A DNA stretch of 64,000 bases from Gammaproteobacteria bacterium (GCA_965277715.1 OZ255836.1:3456001-3520000); one strand, 5' to 3'; shown: positions 9,204 to 20,331, numbered from the stretch's first letter. Notes: generated by a model not told the origin, from the letters alone. Made by a program: numbers and translations.

Positions 9204-10298
9204 ATGAAGGCAAAAACCCCTCTGGTAACGATTTCAATCGTGTTGTTTATTGATGTGATGCTATTCGCCGCACAATCGCACGCTGCAACCTCTAGAGCAC
9301 CTTTCAGTATAGGTCATTCCTTTTCCTCAGGTGAGGTGCTGTCTGCGGATGTACTCAACCAGGCCTTTAGCCGTATTGAGAGAGGTATTAACCTGCCGGA
9401 TGTCAGCGATATTATCGGCACCTGGAGCTGTAGCAGCAGGCGCCTGAAAACATCCCCCACAACACCAGCCGATGGTGGTGGCTGGACCACACCGGCCAAC
9501 ACCGATAATCTCTACCAGGTTGCGAACCAAACGGTAACCTTTACCGCCAATAGCACCACCAGCTTTTCGTTTAATTCTACCTTTCCCAACTTATTTCACC
9601 CCACCGACCCCGCTAGCCCGGCGACCGGCAGGTATTCGCTGTTTGGCTCGCAGCTTTTTATCCGTAGTGACTCGGGCGATACGGTGGGTTCTGCCTCGCT
9701 GAAGATGTTGGGTTCGAATAATATCTTTCTGGTTATTGAAACCGGTAGTGAAAGGGTCTCCAGCACCTGTAATCAAACGACTCTGCCGCCCAATCGACCC
9801 ACTAATCTCACATCGAGCCTGAGTGGCTCCACGGTGAATTTAAGCTGGAGTGATAACGCCAGCAACGAGACCGGCTTTCGTGTGTATCGTCGGCAGGTAT
9901 CCACCTTCCAGGGCAGAGGGGCGAGAGCGAGAGCGCTAGTGAGCGCCGGTGGCGTGACATCTGTCACCGTAAGGCGTGGTGGTTTTGGTTATTCCACCAG
10001 TGCGCTACCCACTGTAGAGTTCATCGGTGGGGGCGGAACCGGGGCCAGTGGAACGGCACAGGTTGTCAACGGGAGAGTCACCGGTGTTACCATCACCAGT
10101 GCGGGTAGCGGCTATACACATGCACCGCGTGTATTCTTCAGGACAGCCAGTGCCTTCCAGGTGATTGCCACCACCAGCGCTAACGCCACCACGTTTACCG
10201 ACTCGCCGGGAACGGGTACTTATATCTATACAGTGACCGCCATCAATACCAGCGGGCAGTCGCCAAGCGCCAACATCGTTCTGGTCACTGTGCCTTAG
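9204..10298 (+). CDS. Secreted fibronectin type III domain protein
   Basis: Signal peptide (AQSHA-A); PTNL...LSWSDNASNETGFRVYR and YTVTAINTSGQS Fn3 motifs; GGAG RBS. Confidence 0.75.
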   Translation: MKAKTPLVTISIVLFIDVMLFAAQSHAATSRAPFSIGHSFSSGEVLSADVLNQAFSRIERGINLPDVSDIIGTWSCSSRRLKTSPTTPADGGGWTTPANTDNLYQVANQTVTFTANSTTSFSFNSTFPNLFHPTDPASPATGRYSLFGSQLFIRSDSGDTVGSASLKMLGSNNIFLVIETGSERVSSTCNQTTLPPNRPTNLTSSLSGSTVNLSWSDNASNETGFRVYRRQVSTFQGRGARARALVSAGGVTSVTVRRGGFGYSTSALPTVEFIGGGGTGASGTAQVVNGRVTGVTITSAGSGYTHAPRVFFRTASAFQVIATTSANATTFTDSPGTGTYIYTVTAINTSGQSPSANIVLVTVP

Positions 10299-10364
10299 GA
10301 TAAGGCCATTATTCTCAGGCTACCTGCATCGCAGCAGCCACAAACCGGCAAATAGCCTATGCGC

Positions 10365-10411
10365 CCAGACCCCGTGTATTGACTGTGTGCAAGTTAATAC
10401 ACGGGGTCTGG
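10365..10411. repeat. Repeat family B palindrome (REP/MITE-like)
   Basis: CCAGACCCCGTGTATTGAC...GTTAATACACGGGGTCTGG; related copies at 36.3, 37.6 and 42.1 kb. Confidence 0.85.
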
Positions 10412-10619
10412 TATTACAGCCCTGCACTCAGGCCTGTGTTTTCCGCAACGGCTGTTTGTCGCCTACCCGATGAAATAAATAATCCCGCTTGCCATTCCAG
10501 CGCATAGGCGATAAAGCGGATAGTGCTGCAATCGCTGATGTGGTGTTTATACTTGCCGCAAACCACCACCTCCAAAAAGCATACTTTGCCCAGGATGCAG
10601 TTGTTTATCGAAGCGTTGT

Positions 10620-11606
10620 TTGAATCAGAGGCATAAATTGGCAACAGTTACACAAACACGCCCTGACAGAACGGCATTTGGCGTGATACTGATTGTCATC
10701 GCCGTGTTTATGATGTCGGTTCAGGAGGCGTTGTTTAAATATTTCAGCGCTGATCTGTCGTTGTGGCAGACGTTTACATTGCGTGGCTTACTCGCACTGC
10801 CGTTGCTCTTTATTATCGCCCTGGTACAGGGCCACCAGCGCAGTATATGGGGCAGTGCACTGCAAAAATGGCCGCTGCTGCGATCACTCTTTATGACGCT
10901 AATGTTTATCGCCATGTATTCAGCGATACCTTTTCTAAGCCTATCGACCGTCGCTGCCGGGATTTACACCGCCCCGGTTTTTGTTGCGCTGTTATCGGCC
11001 TATATTATTGGCGAGCCTGTAGGTGTGCGTAGCTGGGTAGCGATTGCAATGGGCTTTGGTGGTGTGCTGGTTATTCTTCAGCCAGGTACTGATGCATTTA
11101 CATACTGGACTGTGCTGCCAGTGTTGGGTGGTTTCCTTTATGCGTTGTCGAATGTCACTACCCGCAGCAAATGCCAGGCAGTATCACCGGCAGCACTGGC
11201 GCTGTCGCTCAATGTGGTGTTGCTGCTGGCAGGGGGGATATTGAGTGTGGTTATACTGCTGTGGTCACCCGCTGATGAATTGCGCTACGCGCTTCCCTTT
11301 TTATTGGGCAACTGGTCTGCTATGGGGACGTCAGAGTGGGTCTTGATTGCGTTGCTTGCTGTGTTGCTTGTTGCTATCGGTATGGGGCTTGCTGGCGCTT
11401 ATCAATCGGCCCAGCCCTCGATTGTGGCAACGTTTGATTACAGTTATCTGCTTTTTGTCGGGCTTTGGGATTATTTGTTTTTCTCGGTTAGTCCGGGTGG
11501 TATGGCGGTTTTTGGTATGTTATTGATAATCACTGCTGGTTTGTTGGTTGTGCGGGGGTGTTCAAGCAGCAGGTTGCTTAATAAACAACAATACCCCAGT
11601 GAATGA
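10620..11606 (+). CDS. DMT/EamA family transporter
   Basis: About 10 TM helices; GFGGVLVILQPG and VATFDYSYL motifs; start uncertain. Confidence 0.88.
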   Translation: MNQRHKLATVTQTRPDRTAFGVILIVIAVFMMSVQEALFKYFSADLSLWQTFTLRGLLALPLLFIIALVQGHQRSIWGSALQKWPLLRSLFMTLMFIAMYSAIPFLSLSTVAAGIYTAPVFVALLSAYIIGEPVGVRSWVAIAMGFGGVLVILQPGTDAFTYWTVLPVLGGFLYALSNVTTRSKCQAVSPAALALSLNVVLLLAGGILSVVILLWSPADELRYALPFLLGNWSAMGTSEWVLIALLAVLLVAIGMGLAGAYQSAQPSIVATFDYSYLLFVGLWDYLFFSVSPGGMAVFGMLLIITAGLLVVRGCSSSRLLNKQQYPSE

Positions 11607-11636
11607 AATATACGCTCCCTCTGTATGTTATCAATT

Positions 11637-11999
11637 CTATTGACGATCCTTAATATAAGATCTTTTAGATTTTATCTTGCCATTTTCGAAGGTAAATAAA
11701 TCACAACCATCGATTTCAATTTTCACCCCCTCTTTTCCCGTTCCCCAAAAAGTCCACTCTGAGCAACCGTAATTTCCCTGGGAGAAGTGAATGGCATTGT
11801 CAAAATGCACATCGGGAATATCTGTCCACACCTCGATAAAGCGTTTCCGCACGGCCTCGTAACCCGTGTAGCGAGTACCGAATTTTTCACTGCCACCGCC
11901 GGTTTCAAATACACAGTCTTTAGTCATATACGCCATGATTTTATCAATATCATGTGCATTCCAGGCATCACTGTATTCCTGTAACTGTTTTGTATTCAT
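11637..11999 (-). CDS. SnoaL/NTF2-like protein
   Basis: AWNAHDIDKIM...GCDLFTFENGKIKSKRSY. Confidence 0.88.
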   Translation of the reverse strand: MNTKQLQEYSDAWNAHDIDKIMAYMTKDCVFETGGGSEKFGTRYTGYEAVRKRFIEVWTDIPDVHFDNAIHFSQGNYGCSEWTFWGTGKEGVKIEIDGCDLFTFENGKIKSKRSYIKDRQ

Positions 12000-12080
12000 A
12001 TTTACCCCATCAATAGCTGCTAAAATTAGCGTGGCGCACGCATAGCACGGTTGGCGGTTTGCGTGAATGCAGTGCTTAGG

Positions 12081-12398
12081 TTAAAACGGCATTTGCATTA
12101 ATTCCGATACTTCAAGTGAACCGTTAACATCGAGAAACGGGCAGGATTTTGCCATTTCCAGTGCCGTTTCCATAGAATCAGCTTCAACAATCGTGTAACC
12201 CGACATTGACGTTGTACTGCCAGTGGTGACCGTGCCGTCAGGGTTTACAGTATGGGTTTGCTTAAACGGATTGGCCGGGCTGACTGCGGCATCACCTAAC
12301 GAGGATAGCCACGCTTTGTATTTAGCAAAGTGTTGCTTGCCTTCTTCTGGGCTGGATGGTTGGTCGCCACCGAGATAGGCAATAATGTATTGAGCCAT
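12081..12398 (-). CDS. YciI-like protein
   Basis: SGYTIVEADSMETALEMAKSCP..GSLEVSE; start at MAQYII. Confidence 0.8.
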   Translation of the reverse strand: MAQYIIAYLGGDQPSSPEEGKQHFAKYKAWLSSLGDAAVSPANPFKQTHTVNPDGTVTTGSTTSMSGYTIVEADSMETALEMAKSCPFLDVNGSLEVSELMQMPF

Positions 12399-12477
12399 GT
12401 GTTTATTTCCGTTTTTAAAATTGGGGTCTACAGGGTGCACAATACTTATAAGGAACTGATATAGGCATGTCAACTAT

Positions 12478-12627
12478 AGCGATATGCGTACAATTCCAAG
12501 TAAGCAGGTACTCTACTCAATACCGTTTGCCGCCGCGATAGCCACATGGTAAGCGTCTGTTTCCGCTTTTTCCGGTAAGGCGCCACAGTCGATGAACGCC
12601 TTATCAAGTGTTCGAGCTTCACCTTTT
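12478..12627 (-). pseudogene. PIN-domain (VapC-like) toxin remnant
   Basis: ALPEKAETDAYHVAIAAANGIE, then in another frame EYLLTWNCTHIA; the frameshift comes from a GAGTA-GAGTA duplication; N-terminus absent. Confidence 0.75.
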
Positions 12628-15072
12628 TCAGCTACGCATACGCGATCCATTTGGGTCGTACAGTGGCGCGCCCTGCACTTCGGCGGGGTAGCGTTCACCC
12701 AGTATTTCCACGTCTACCAGGGTGCCCGGCCCGGCGTATTGGCTGGCGACATAGCCCATTGCCATCGATTTGCCCACATGGTGCGCATAGCCGCCGGATG
12801 AGATGTAACCCACGGCGTCCCCGTCTTTCAAGACGGCTTCATCCAGCGATACGTCGATAGGCGTGTCGATGGTTAAGGTGACCAGACGACGCGCAACGCC
12901 TTCTTCTTTGAACGCAAGTGTGGCCTGTTTGCCGACAAAATCTTTGTGCCAGTTGATAAAGCCATCCATGCCCGCTTCGATGGCGTTGAAGTCTGGGCGG
13001 AATTCCAAACCCCAGGCACCCCAGGCTTTCTCCAGGCGCAGGCTCATCAGTGCACGGTTACCGTACCAGCGGTAGCCGAGGTCAGCACCGGCTGTTTCAA
13101 TCGCCTCAGCGAGACAGATTAAGTATTGCGGACGGCAGTAGACTTCAAAGCCCAGCTCACCCGAGAAGCTCAGGCGGTTGAGCACGACGGGCACGCCGCC
13201 GACGTAGGTGTGGCGTGTGTCGCGAAATGAAAAGGCATCGGTAGAGACATCATCACGCGTGATACGGGAAAGCAGTTGGCGCGATTGGGGGCCGGATAAA
13301 GCGATGCCATGCCAATCGCCGGTTTGGTTCTCATAGTGCACACCTTCGGACAGGGTGCGGGCAAACCATCGGTTGTGGGCGTCTTGCATGGCGCCGGAGC
13401 CGAATAACATAAAGTGCTCTTCGTCGAAGCACGCCACGGTGAGGTCACCATAGAGACGGCCTTTTTCGGTGAGCATGGGGGTGAGTGCGATTCGACCGGG
13501 CCTGGGGATGTGTCCCGCCATGGTTTTATCGAGCCATTCGCGTGCACCTGGGCCTCTGATCACGTGTTTGGCGAAGTTGGCGATTTCGATACCCGCCACG
13601 CCTTGGCGCACGGCCTCGACTTCGCGTGCCACGTAGTCGTGCGAGCGGTTGCGCTCAAAGGTGGGGTCTTCCCAGGCGTCTTCAGGGCTGTCGGCAAACC
13701 ACAGCGCGTGCTCCAGACCAAAGACCTGGCCCATGCGCGCCCCTTTGGCAGTTAAGCGGTCATAGAGTGCGGTGGTTTGTTGGCGACGGCCTTTGGGGAG
13801 TGTTTCGTTGGGGAAGGTCATAACGAAGCGACGTTCGTAGTTCTCGGTGGATTTGACTGTGCCCCAGTCGGGCGATGCCCACTTGCCAAAACGCGCAACG
13901 TCCATCGCCCATACGTCGATTGACGGCTCGCCGTCGATCATCCACTCGGCCATCGTCAGGCCGACGCCGCCGCCCTGGCAGAAGCCGGCCATAACCCCAA
14001 CGGCGCACCAGTAGTTGTGCATACCGGGGACGGGGCCGATCATCGGGTTGCCGTCGGGGCCGAAGGTAAAGGGGCCGTTAATGGCCTGGCGGATGCCCGC
14101 GTCGGCGAGCGCCGGAATGCGTTCAAAGCCCAGTTCCAGGCGGTCGGCGATATGTTCCAGGTTGGGGTTTAACAATTCGTGGCCGAAATCCCAGGGTGTG
14201 CCTTCGACTTTCCACGGGACGCCGACCGGCTCGTAGGTGCCCAGCAATATACCGTCACGCTCCTGGCGGAAATAGAGGTTTGCCTCGTAATCAAAGCCGC
14301 AGGGCAGGCGCGAGCCAAAGTTGGCAACGGCATCAATGGTATCGGTCAGTAAGTAGTGGTGCTCCATGGGCTGTACCGGCAGCGCCATACCGGCCATATG
14401 CCCGACCTCACGCGCCCACAGACCGCCGCAGTTGACGACGTGTTCGGCGTTGATCACGCCTTTGGGGGTGGTGACATCCCAGCTACCATCGGCGCATTGG
14501 CGCGTTTTGGTCGCGGGTGTATGGGTAAAGTAGCGCCCGCCGTAGTGCCTGGCCGCCTTGGCAAATGCATAGGTGGTGCCGGATGGGTCGAGGTCGCCGT
14601 CCTGGTCGTCCCACAGGGCCGCGTGGTAGTGCTTGGGGTCGATCAGTGGGTGGCGGTCGGCGACTTCCCGGGGGGAGATGAATTCCTGGTTCAGCCCCAT
14701 GTAGCGCGCTTTTGAGCGCTCGCGCCTGAGGTAGTCGTACCAGGTTTTATTCGAGGCCAGGTAAAAACCACCGGTCAGGTGTAGGCCCACTGATTGGCCT
14801 GAGAGTGCTTCGATCTCTTTGTAGAGGTTGATGGTGTAGCTTTGCAGGCGCGAGATATTAGGGTCGGAGCTAATTGTGTGGATTTGCCCGGCAGCGTGCC
14901 AACTGGAACCGGAGGTAAGCTCATCGCGCTCCAGCAGTACGGTATCTTTCCAGCCAAATTTGGCCAGGTGGAATAAGATCGAGCAGCCCACTACACCACC
15001 GCCAATAACGACAACTTTGGCATGGCGCGGTAATGCGGCGTTGTCGGCGCCTTCTTTGGTGATTTCTGGCAT
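12628..15072 (-). CDS. GcvT-family FAD-dependent oxidoreductase (dimethylglycine dehydrogenase-like)
   Basis: GGGVVG, GSSWHAAG, INGPFTFGPDGNP and a C-terminal GcvT folate-binding domain (SLRLEK). Confidence 0.9.
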   Translation of the reverse strand: MPEITKEGADNAALPRHAKVVVIGGGVVGCSILFHLAKFGWKDTVLLERDELTSGSSWHAAGQIHTISSDPNISRLQSYTINLYKEIEALSGQSVGLHLTGGFYLASNKTWYDYLRRERSKARYMGLNQEFISPREVADRHPLIDPKHYHAALWDDQDGDLDPSGTTYAFAKAARHYGGRYFTHTPATKTRQCADGSWDVTTPKGVINAEHVVNCGGLWAREVGHMAGMALPVQPMEHHYLLTDTIDAVANFGSRLPCGFDYEANLYFRQERDGILLGTYEPVGVPWKVEGTPWDFGHELLNPNLEHIADRLELGFERIPALADAGIRQAINGPFTFGPDGNPMIGPVPGMHNYWCAVGVMAGFCQGGGVGLTMAEWMIDGEPSIDVWAMDVARFGKWASPDWGTVKSTENYERRFVMTFPNETLPKGRRQQTTALYDRLTAKGARMGQVFGLEHALWFADSPEDAWEDPTFERNRSHDYVAREVEAVRQGVAGIEIANFAKHVIRGPGAREWLDKTMAGHIPRPGRIALTPMLTEKGRLYGDLTVACFDEEHFMLFGSGAMQDAHNRWFARTLSEGVHYENQTGDWHGIALSGPQSRQLLSRITRDDVSTDAFSFRDTRHTYVGGVPVVLNRLSFSGELGFEVYCRPQYLICLAEAIETAGADLGYRWYGNRALMSLRLEKAWGAWGLEFRPDFNAIEAGMDGFINWHKDFVGKQATLAFKEEGVARRLVTLTIDTPIDVSLDEAVLKDGDAVGYISSGGYAHHVGKSMAMGYVASQYAGPGTLVDVEILGERYPAEVQGAPLYDPNGSRMRS

Positions 15073-15131
15073 GGGTGGGTACTCCTCGTGCTTAGCGGAT
15101 TCTCTGTGCAATCAATAGGGGGCGCCAGGGG

Positions 15132-16649
15132 TCAGTACCAGGCGTCCGGGATTTCTGCTTTGCGCCTGGCGACATAGGCGTCCAGCGCCTCGACGGTGGC
15201 CGCATCATTGGCGGGCGGCTGGTAGTTGGCCAGCATTTTGTTCCATTTATCAAAGGCGCGTCGGCGCATATCCTGGCTGCCTTTTTCCTCCCAGCTCTCG
15301 ACGTTTTCGCTGTCGCTGAGCTCGGCGTCGTAGAAGGCCGTTTGGTAGTGGCGCAGGGTGTGCGAAGAGCCGAGGAAATGCCCACCAGGCTCGACTTCCC
15401 GATAGGCGTCACGGGCGAACTGATCCTCGCTTATATCCAAACCCGCCATGAGTTTTTGGTAGCTGCCCAAACGGTCGGCGTCCATGATCAGCTTTTCAAA
15501 GCCGGTTGCCAAACCACCTTCAAGCCAACCGGCGGCGTGCAGGGTGTAGTTGGAACCGGCCAGCACGGTGGAGTGCATCGAATCGGCACTTTCGTAGGCC
15601 GCTTGCGCATCTTCGGTTTTGGCGGCAGTCAAAGAACCCCCACAGCGCAGGGGCAAGCCCAAGCGCCGCGCCAATTGGCCAATCACATAGTTGGATAACA
15701 CCGGCTCCGGCATACCAAAGGTGGGGGCGCCGGATTTGAGGCTCATCGATGACAGGAAGTTGCCCATCACAAACGGTGCGCCAGGGCGTACTAGTTGTGT
15801 GAAGGCACAGCAGATCATGACCTCGGCCATCGCCTGTGCGATTGCTGCGGCAGTGGACACCGGGCCCATCGCACCGGTCAGGATAAACGGGGTTACCACC
15901 ATCGCCTGGCCACGCGAGGCATACACCTGGATGGCCTCGGTGACGACGCGGTCGATCAATAGCGGTGAGTTGGTGTTGACGTTGGCCATAATCACCACGT
16001 TGTTGTCCATGGTTTCTTTGCCGTGGAGGATTTCCGCCATATCAACGCTGTCCTGTGCGCGGCTTTTCTCGGTGATGGCGCCCAGGTGCGGTTTATCGCT
16101 CAGAGTCATATGCGCGTAGACCATATCGAGGTGGCGCTTGGATACCGGCAGGTCGGTGGGTTCGGCAATCACCAGGCCGCTGTGATGCAGATTCGGGTGC
16201 ATATAAGTGAGCTTTACCAGCTTTTCAAAGTCGGCAAAGGTCGCGTAACGGCGACCACCTTCAAGGTCGCGCACAAAGGGCGCGCCGTAGATGGGGGCAA
16301 ACACCTGGTTATTGCCACCGATGGTGACCGAGCGCGCCGGGTTGCGCGCCAACTGGGTGAACGCGCTGGGTGCTTTGGCGCATTGCCCGCGTACCCACTG
16401 GGCATCGGCAAACACTTTGTCACCGACCATTTTGACGCCCGCACCTGCCCAGATACGGGTCGCTTCCGGATCGTCGCGAAAGGCAAAGCCGATATTTTCA
16501 AGCATCCAGTCGACCTGGCGCTCCATCTTGACTAGTTGCTCTTCATCCAACGGGTCAAAGAAAGGCAGTTGCCGTTTGATATAGGGGGCCGCGACAACGG
16601 TGGCTCTGGATTCAGCACCGGGGCGGGCTTTGCGGGGGCGTCGAGGCAT
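15132..16649 (-). CDS. Trimethylamine methyltransferase (MttB) family protein, non-pyrrolysine
   Basis: PIYGAPFVRD, NTNSPL, GAPTFGMPE, DAQAAYE, HAAGWLEGGL; no in-frame TAG. Confidence 0.92.
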   Translation of the reverse strand: MPRRPRKARPGAESRATVVAAPYIKRQLPFFDPLDEEQLVKMERQVDWMLENIGFAFRDDPEATRIWAGAGVKMVGDKVFADAQWVRGQCAKAPSAFTQLARNPARSVTIGGNNQVFAPIYGAPFVRDLEGGRRYATFADFEKLVKLTYMHPNLHHSGLVIAEPTDLPVSKRHLDMVYAHMTLSDKPHLGAITEKSRAQDSVDMAEILHGKETMDNNVVIMANVNTNSPLLIDRVVTEAIQVYASRGQAMVVTPFILTGAMGPVSTAAAIAQAMAEVMICCAFTQLVRPGAPFVMGNFLSSMSLKSGAPTFGMPEPVLSNYVIGQLARRLGLPLRCGGSLTAAKTEDAQAAYESADSMHSTVLAGSNYTLHAAGWLEGGLATGFEKLIMDADRLGSYQKLMAGLDISEDQFARDAYREVEPGGHFLGSSHTLRHYQTAFYDAELSDSENVESWEEKGSQDMRRRAFDKWNKMLANYQPPANDAATVEALDAYVARRKAEIPDAWY

Positions 16650-16743
16650 GGGATTACCACAGTGGCTGCGATGCCTCGATCATAGCGCCGCAAAATAGCC
16701 TTGTGACCCTTGTAAATTTTGATCAATTGCATAGACTGAAACT

Positions 16744-17643
16744 ATGCGAAATACCCTTAAACTTATCGCTTCACCGCGCAATCTCTTTGTTTTTGAAGCG
16801 GCGGCACGCCTGGGTTCTTTTACACTGGCAGCGAACGCACTGGGTATGCAGCAACCTTCGGTCAGCGCGGCGATTAAACAACTGGAAAATGCTTTGGGCG
16901 TGCGTTTGTTTGATCGTGGGCATCGTCGTATTGCGCTAACCAATGCAGGCCTGCGTTTTTACGCCGATGTTTCACAAGCGTTGCGCGGCATCGAAAGCGC
17001 GGCTGAAGCCGTCCATAATATGGGGTATTCGGAGTACGTTACGCTCAATTCCTCTTCGGCTTTTTCGTATTACTGGATGATGCCCAAGGTGCACGCACTG
17101 CGCCAAGTGCACCCCCAGATTGATTTGCGCCTGCAAAACAGCGTTCACGAGCCGGATCTGGATGTAGAGAATATCAGTATCGCGGTACGCTTAGGTGATG
17201 GGAACTGGCCCGATTGTCATGCCGCCAAGCTCGCCGATGAAGTCATTTTCCCCGTCGCCAGCCCCATTGTAATGCACTCGGCGCGCAACCTGCGGTCCAT
17301 ACCCAATTTGCTCCACGAGCGCCTGATTCACCTGGAAGAGCCTGTGCGTATGCGCCCAACCTGGAAGCAGTGGTTTGAACACCACGGGGTTGATAAAGCC
17401 GGTATATCTGAAGGTATGCGCCTCAACGATTACGCCCTGGTATTACAGGCCGCGCAAACCGGCGAGGGGTTTGCCTTTGGTTGGGAACATATCGTCCGCG
17501 ACCTGATCGACCGCAAATTGCTTGCCGCCCGTGAAGACTGGGCATGGCAAACGGGCCGGGGCATTTATCTGGTGTGGTCCAGATCACGGCCCTTGTCGAG
17601 TAATGCGGTGAAGGTGCGCGATTGGGTTTTGTCGTTTGTCTAA
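16744..17643 (+). CDS. LysR family regulator (GcvA-like), divergent from the mttB-like gene
   Basis: FEAAARLGSFTLAA...QPSVS HTH. Confidence 0.92.
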   Translation: MRNTLKLIASPRNLFVFEAAARLGSFTLAANALGMQQPSVSAAIKQLENALGVRLFDRGHRRIALTNAGLRFYADVSQALRGIESAAEAVHNMGYSEYVTLNSSSAFSYYWMMPKVHALRQVHPQIDLRLQNSVHEPDLDVENISIAVRLGDGNWPDCHAAKLADEVIFPVASPIVMHSARNLRSIPNLLHERLIHLEEPVRMRPTWKQWFEHHGVDKAGISEGMRLNDYALVLQAAQTGEGFAFGWEHIVRDLIDRKLLAAREDWAWQTGRGIYLVWSRSRPLSSNAVKVRDWVLSFV

Positions 17644-17780
17644 GCCCGACAGGCTTCTGCGGCACCGCGTGTTCGTTTCCAGGCGATAAACCGATTGGCA
17701 TACCTGCGCGTGATCGCCTAAAATAACCTGATTGGCAACAAGTCGTTGCAGTCACTTACCTTTTGCGGAGTTACACCACT

Positions 17781-18128
17781 ATGGCACGCGTTACCATTGA
17801 AGATTGCCTCGATAATGTCGATAACCGTTTTCAGTTGATACTGACGGCTGCCAAGCGGGCGCGGCAAATTAACCTGGGTGCGGAGCCACTGGTGCCACTG
17901 GAAAATGATAAACCGACGGTACTCGCTTTGCGCGAAATTTCCAACGGTATGATTACCCGCGATATTTTGAAGCAGGCACCCAAACAGGCACTGGCCGAAG
18001 ACCTAATGGATGAGCTGGTGTTCGAGCAGGACGTGGATATGCCAATAATGGGAGTACCTCAGATAGGCGTGCCGCAGGCCAATGGGCCAGATGCACAGGG
18101 TGCTGAAATAAATATAGGCACTCAGTAG
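17781..18128 (+). CDS. rpoZ: RNA polymerase omega subunit
   Basis: [15 protein letters not shown]...KRARQ...[11 protein letters not shown]. Confidence 0.97.
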   Translation: MARVTIEDCLDNVDNRFQLILTAAKRARQINLGAEPLVPLENDKPTVLALREISNGMITRDILKQAPKQALAEDLMDELVFEQDVDMPIMGVPQIGVPQANGPDAQGAEINIGTQ

Positions 18129-18168
18129 CGCCGCCCTGGCATCTGCAATACGCTCTTCCAAGTGAATT

Positions 18169-20331
18169 GTGGAAACGGTTACTGAACCTCCGAAGCCGAC
18201 TGATTATGTCGATAAATTTACTATCGACAAGCTGTGTGATTTTCTCGATGGCCGCATCCCCAATGACGAAATTCAGGTTGTTAACCGCGCCTATCAGTTA
18301 GCGAATCGCGCCCACCAGGGCCAAACCCGCCGCTCTGGCGAACCCTATATCTTTCACCCGCTGGCGGTGGCCAAGACGGTCGCCGAGATGAACATGGACT
18401 ACCGCAGTATCGCTGCGGCTATTCTGCACGATGTCCTCGAAGATACCCCCATTAACCGTGATGAACTCGCCGTAGAGCTGGACCAGGAGATCGCTGTTCT
18501 GGTTGACGGGCTCAGCAAGATGACCCACCTCACATTTGAATCACGTGCTGAGGCGCAGGCGGCCAACTTTCGCAAAATGTTGCTGGCGATTGTCGATGAT
18601 ATTCGTGTGGTGCTGATTAAACTGGCGGATCGCCTGCACAATATGCAAACGCTGGCGGCAATGTCTCAGGAAAAACAGCGGCGCATCGCCCGCGAAACAC
18701 TGGATATCTACGCGCCCATCGCCAACCGGCTGGGCATTAAACAAATCAAAAACCAGCTTGAAGACCTCGGCTTTAAAGCCTTGTACCCGGCGCGCTACCG
18801 GGTGCTCGGTGAGGCTGTACAAAAAGCGCGGGGCAACCGCAAGGAACTGGTGCAGAAAATCGAACAGCAAATTAAATCCCACCTTGAGGCGTATGGTATC
18901 GAAGGCCAGGTTAACGGGCGTGAAAAGCATTTGTATAGCCTGTATCAGAAAATGAAGGACAAGCAGCTATCGTTTCAGGAAGTGTTTGATATGTTTGCTG
19001 TGCGTGTGGTGGTCGACAATGTCGATGCGTGCTATACCGCGCTGGGCAAGCTGCACGCGCTCTACAAACCTATTCCAGGGCACTTTAAAGATTATATTGC
19101 GATTCCCAAGGCCAACGGCTATCAGTCTTTACACACGGTGTTGTTTACGCGCCACGGCATCCCCATCGAGATACAGATTCGTTCAGATGAAATGGATCGT
19201 TTCGCTGAATCGGGTATTGCCGCGCACTGGATTTATAAAACCGGCGAGGGTAATAGTGCACAGACGCGTGCGCGCCAGTGGCTGTCGACGCTGGTCGATA
19301 TGGGGCAGTCGGCGGGTAACTCACAGGAGTTTTTGGAAAACGTCAAAGTGGATCTGTTTCCCGATGAGATCTATGTGTTTTCACCCAAGGGGGATATTTT
19401 CCAATTGCCCGCCGAGTCGACAGTGGTGGATTTTGCCTATGCGATTCACTCAGGGGTGGGCAATACCTGTGTGACTGCCAAGGTGGACCGTCGCCTGGCG
19501 TCACTGAGTACCGCGCTGCGCTCAGGTCAAACGGTGGAGATAATTACCTCACCAAAAGCCCAGCCCAGCCCGCTGTGGCTCAATTTTGTGGTCACGGCCA
19601 AGGCGCGCACGGCGATTCGCAGCAACCTGAAAAAACTCGAAAACACCGAGGCGAGCAAATTTGGCCGGCGCTTGATCAACCGCGCACTCAGCCGCTATTC
19701 GCGTACGCTCGGTGATATTGATGAGCCCAGGGTCAGCGCGCTGATAAAAGAATTTGGCTTTAACAGCCGCGAGGAATTATTTACCGATGTGGGGCTGGGC
19801 AACCGTCTGCCGAGCCTGATTGCCAAGCGTTTGACCGCCAGAGAAGGCGACGATGGCAGCGGTGAAGCCATGGCAAAAATTGACCTCGGACCACTGTCTA
19901 TCGAGGGTAACGAAGAGGCGCTGGTGTCTCTGGCGCGTTGTTGCCTGCCGATTCCCGGTGACCATATCCAGGGGTTTTTGACCTCGGGCAAGGGCGTTGT
20001 CGTGCACCGTGCGGGCTGTCGCAATGTGGGCAGCTACCGGCGGCGCCCAAGCGAGTGGGTGCCAGTGGAGTGGTCGGCTGACTACAGTGGTTTATACCCG
20101 GCCAATACCGTCATTGAAATGCGCAATAAGCCCGGCGCGTTAGCGCGGGTGACGACCACACTCGCACAAATGAACACCAATATCGACAATATGCGCTTTG
20201 AAACCACGGGCGAATCTTTAACCCGTATTGTGTTTACCCTGAATGTGCGTGATCGCAAGCACATGGCACGGGTCATTCGCCGTTTGCGCAATCTGTCCAT
20301 TGTCGAGCGGATTAAACGCGAAAGCCGTTAG
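18169..20331 (+). CDS. spoT: Bifunctional (p)ppGpp synthetase/hydrolase
   Basis: HD hydrolase motif (LHDVLED), [20 protein letters not shown] and ACT domains; follows rpoZ. Confidence 0.96.
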   Translation: METVTEPPKPTDYVDKFTIDKLCDFLDGRIPNDEIQVVNRAYQLANRAHQGQTRRSGEPYIFHPLAVAKTVAEMNMDYRSIAAAILHDVLEDTPINRDELAVELDQEIAVLVDGLSKMTHLTFESRAEAQAANFRKMLLAIVDDIRVVLIKLADRLHNMQTLAAMSQEKQRRIARETLDIYAPIANRLGIKQIKNQLEDLGFKALYPARYRVLGEAVQKARGNRKELVQKIEQQIKSHLEAYGIEGQVNGREKHLYSLYQKMKDKQLSFQEVFDMFAVRVVVDNVDACYTALGKLHALYKPIPGHFKDYIAIPKANGYQSLHTVLFTRHGIPIEIQIRSDEMDRFAESGIAAHWIYKTGEGNSAQTRARQWLSTLVDMGQSAGNSQEFLENVKVDLFPDEIYVFSPKGDIFQLPAESTVVDFAYAIHSGVGNTCVTAKVDRRLASLSTALRSGQTVEIITSPKAQPSPLWLNFVVTAKARTAIRSNLKKLENTEASKFGRRLINRALSRYSRTLGDIDEPRVSALIKEFGFNSREELFTDVGLGNRLPSLIAKRLTAREGDDGSGEAMAKIDLGPLSIEGNEEALVSLARCCLPIPGDHIQGFLTSGKGVVVHRAGCRNVGSYRRRPSEWVPVEWSADYSGLYPANTVIEMRNKPGALARVTTTLAQMNTNIDNMRFETTGESLTRIVFTLNVRDRKHMARVIRRLRNLSIVERIKRESR

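Noticed and set aside
15132-16649. Pyrrolysine recoding in the MttB-family gene
   Set aside because: The ORF is uninterrupted, with no in-frame amber codon and no pyl genes seen
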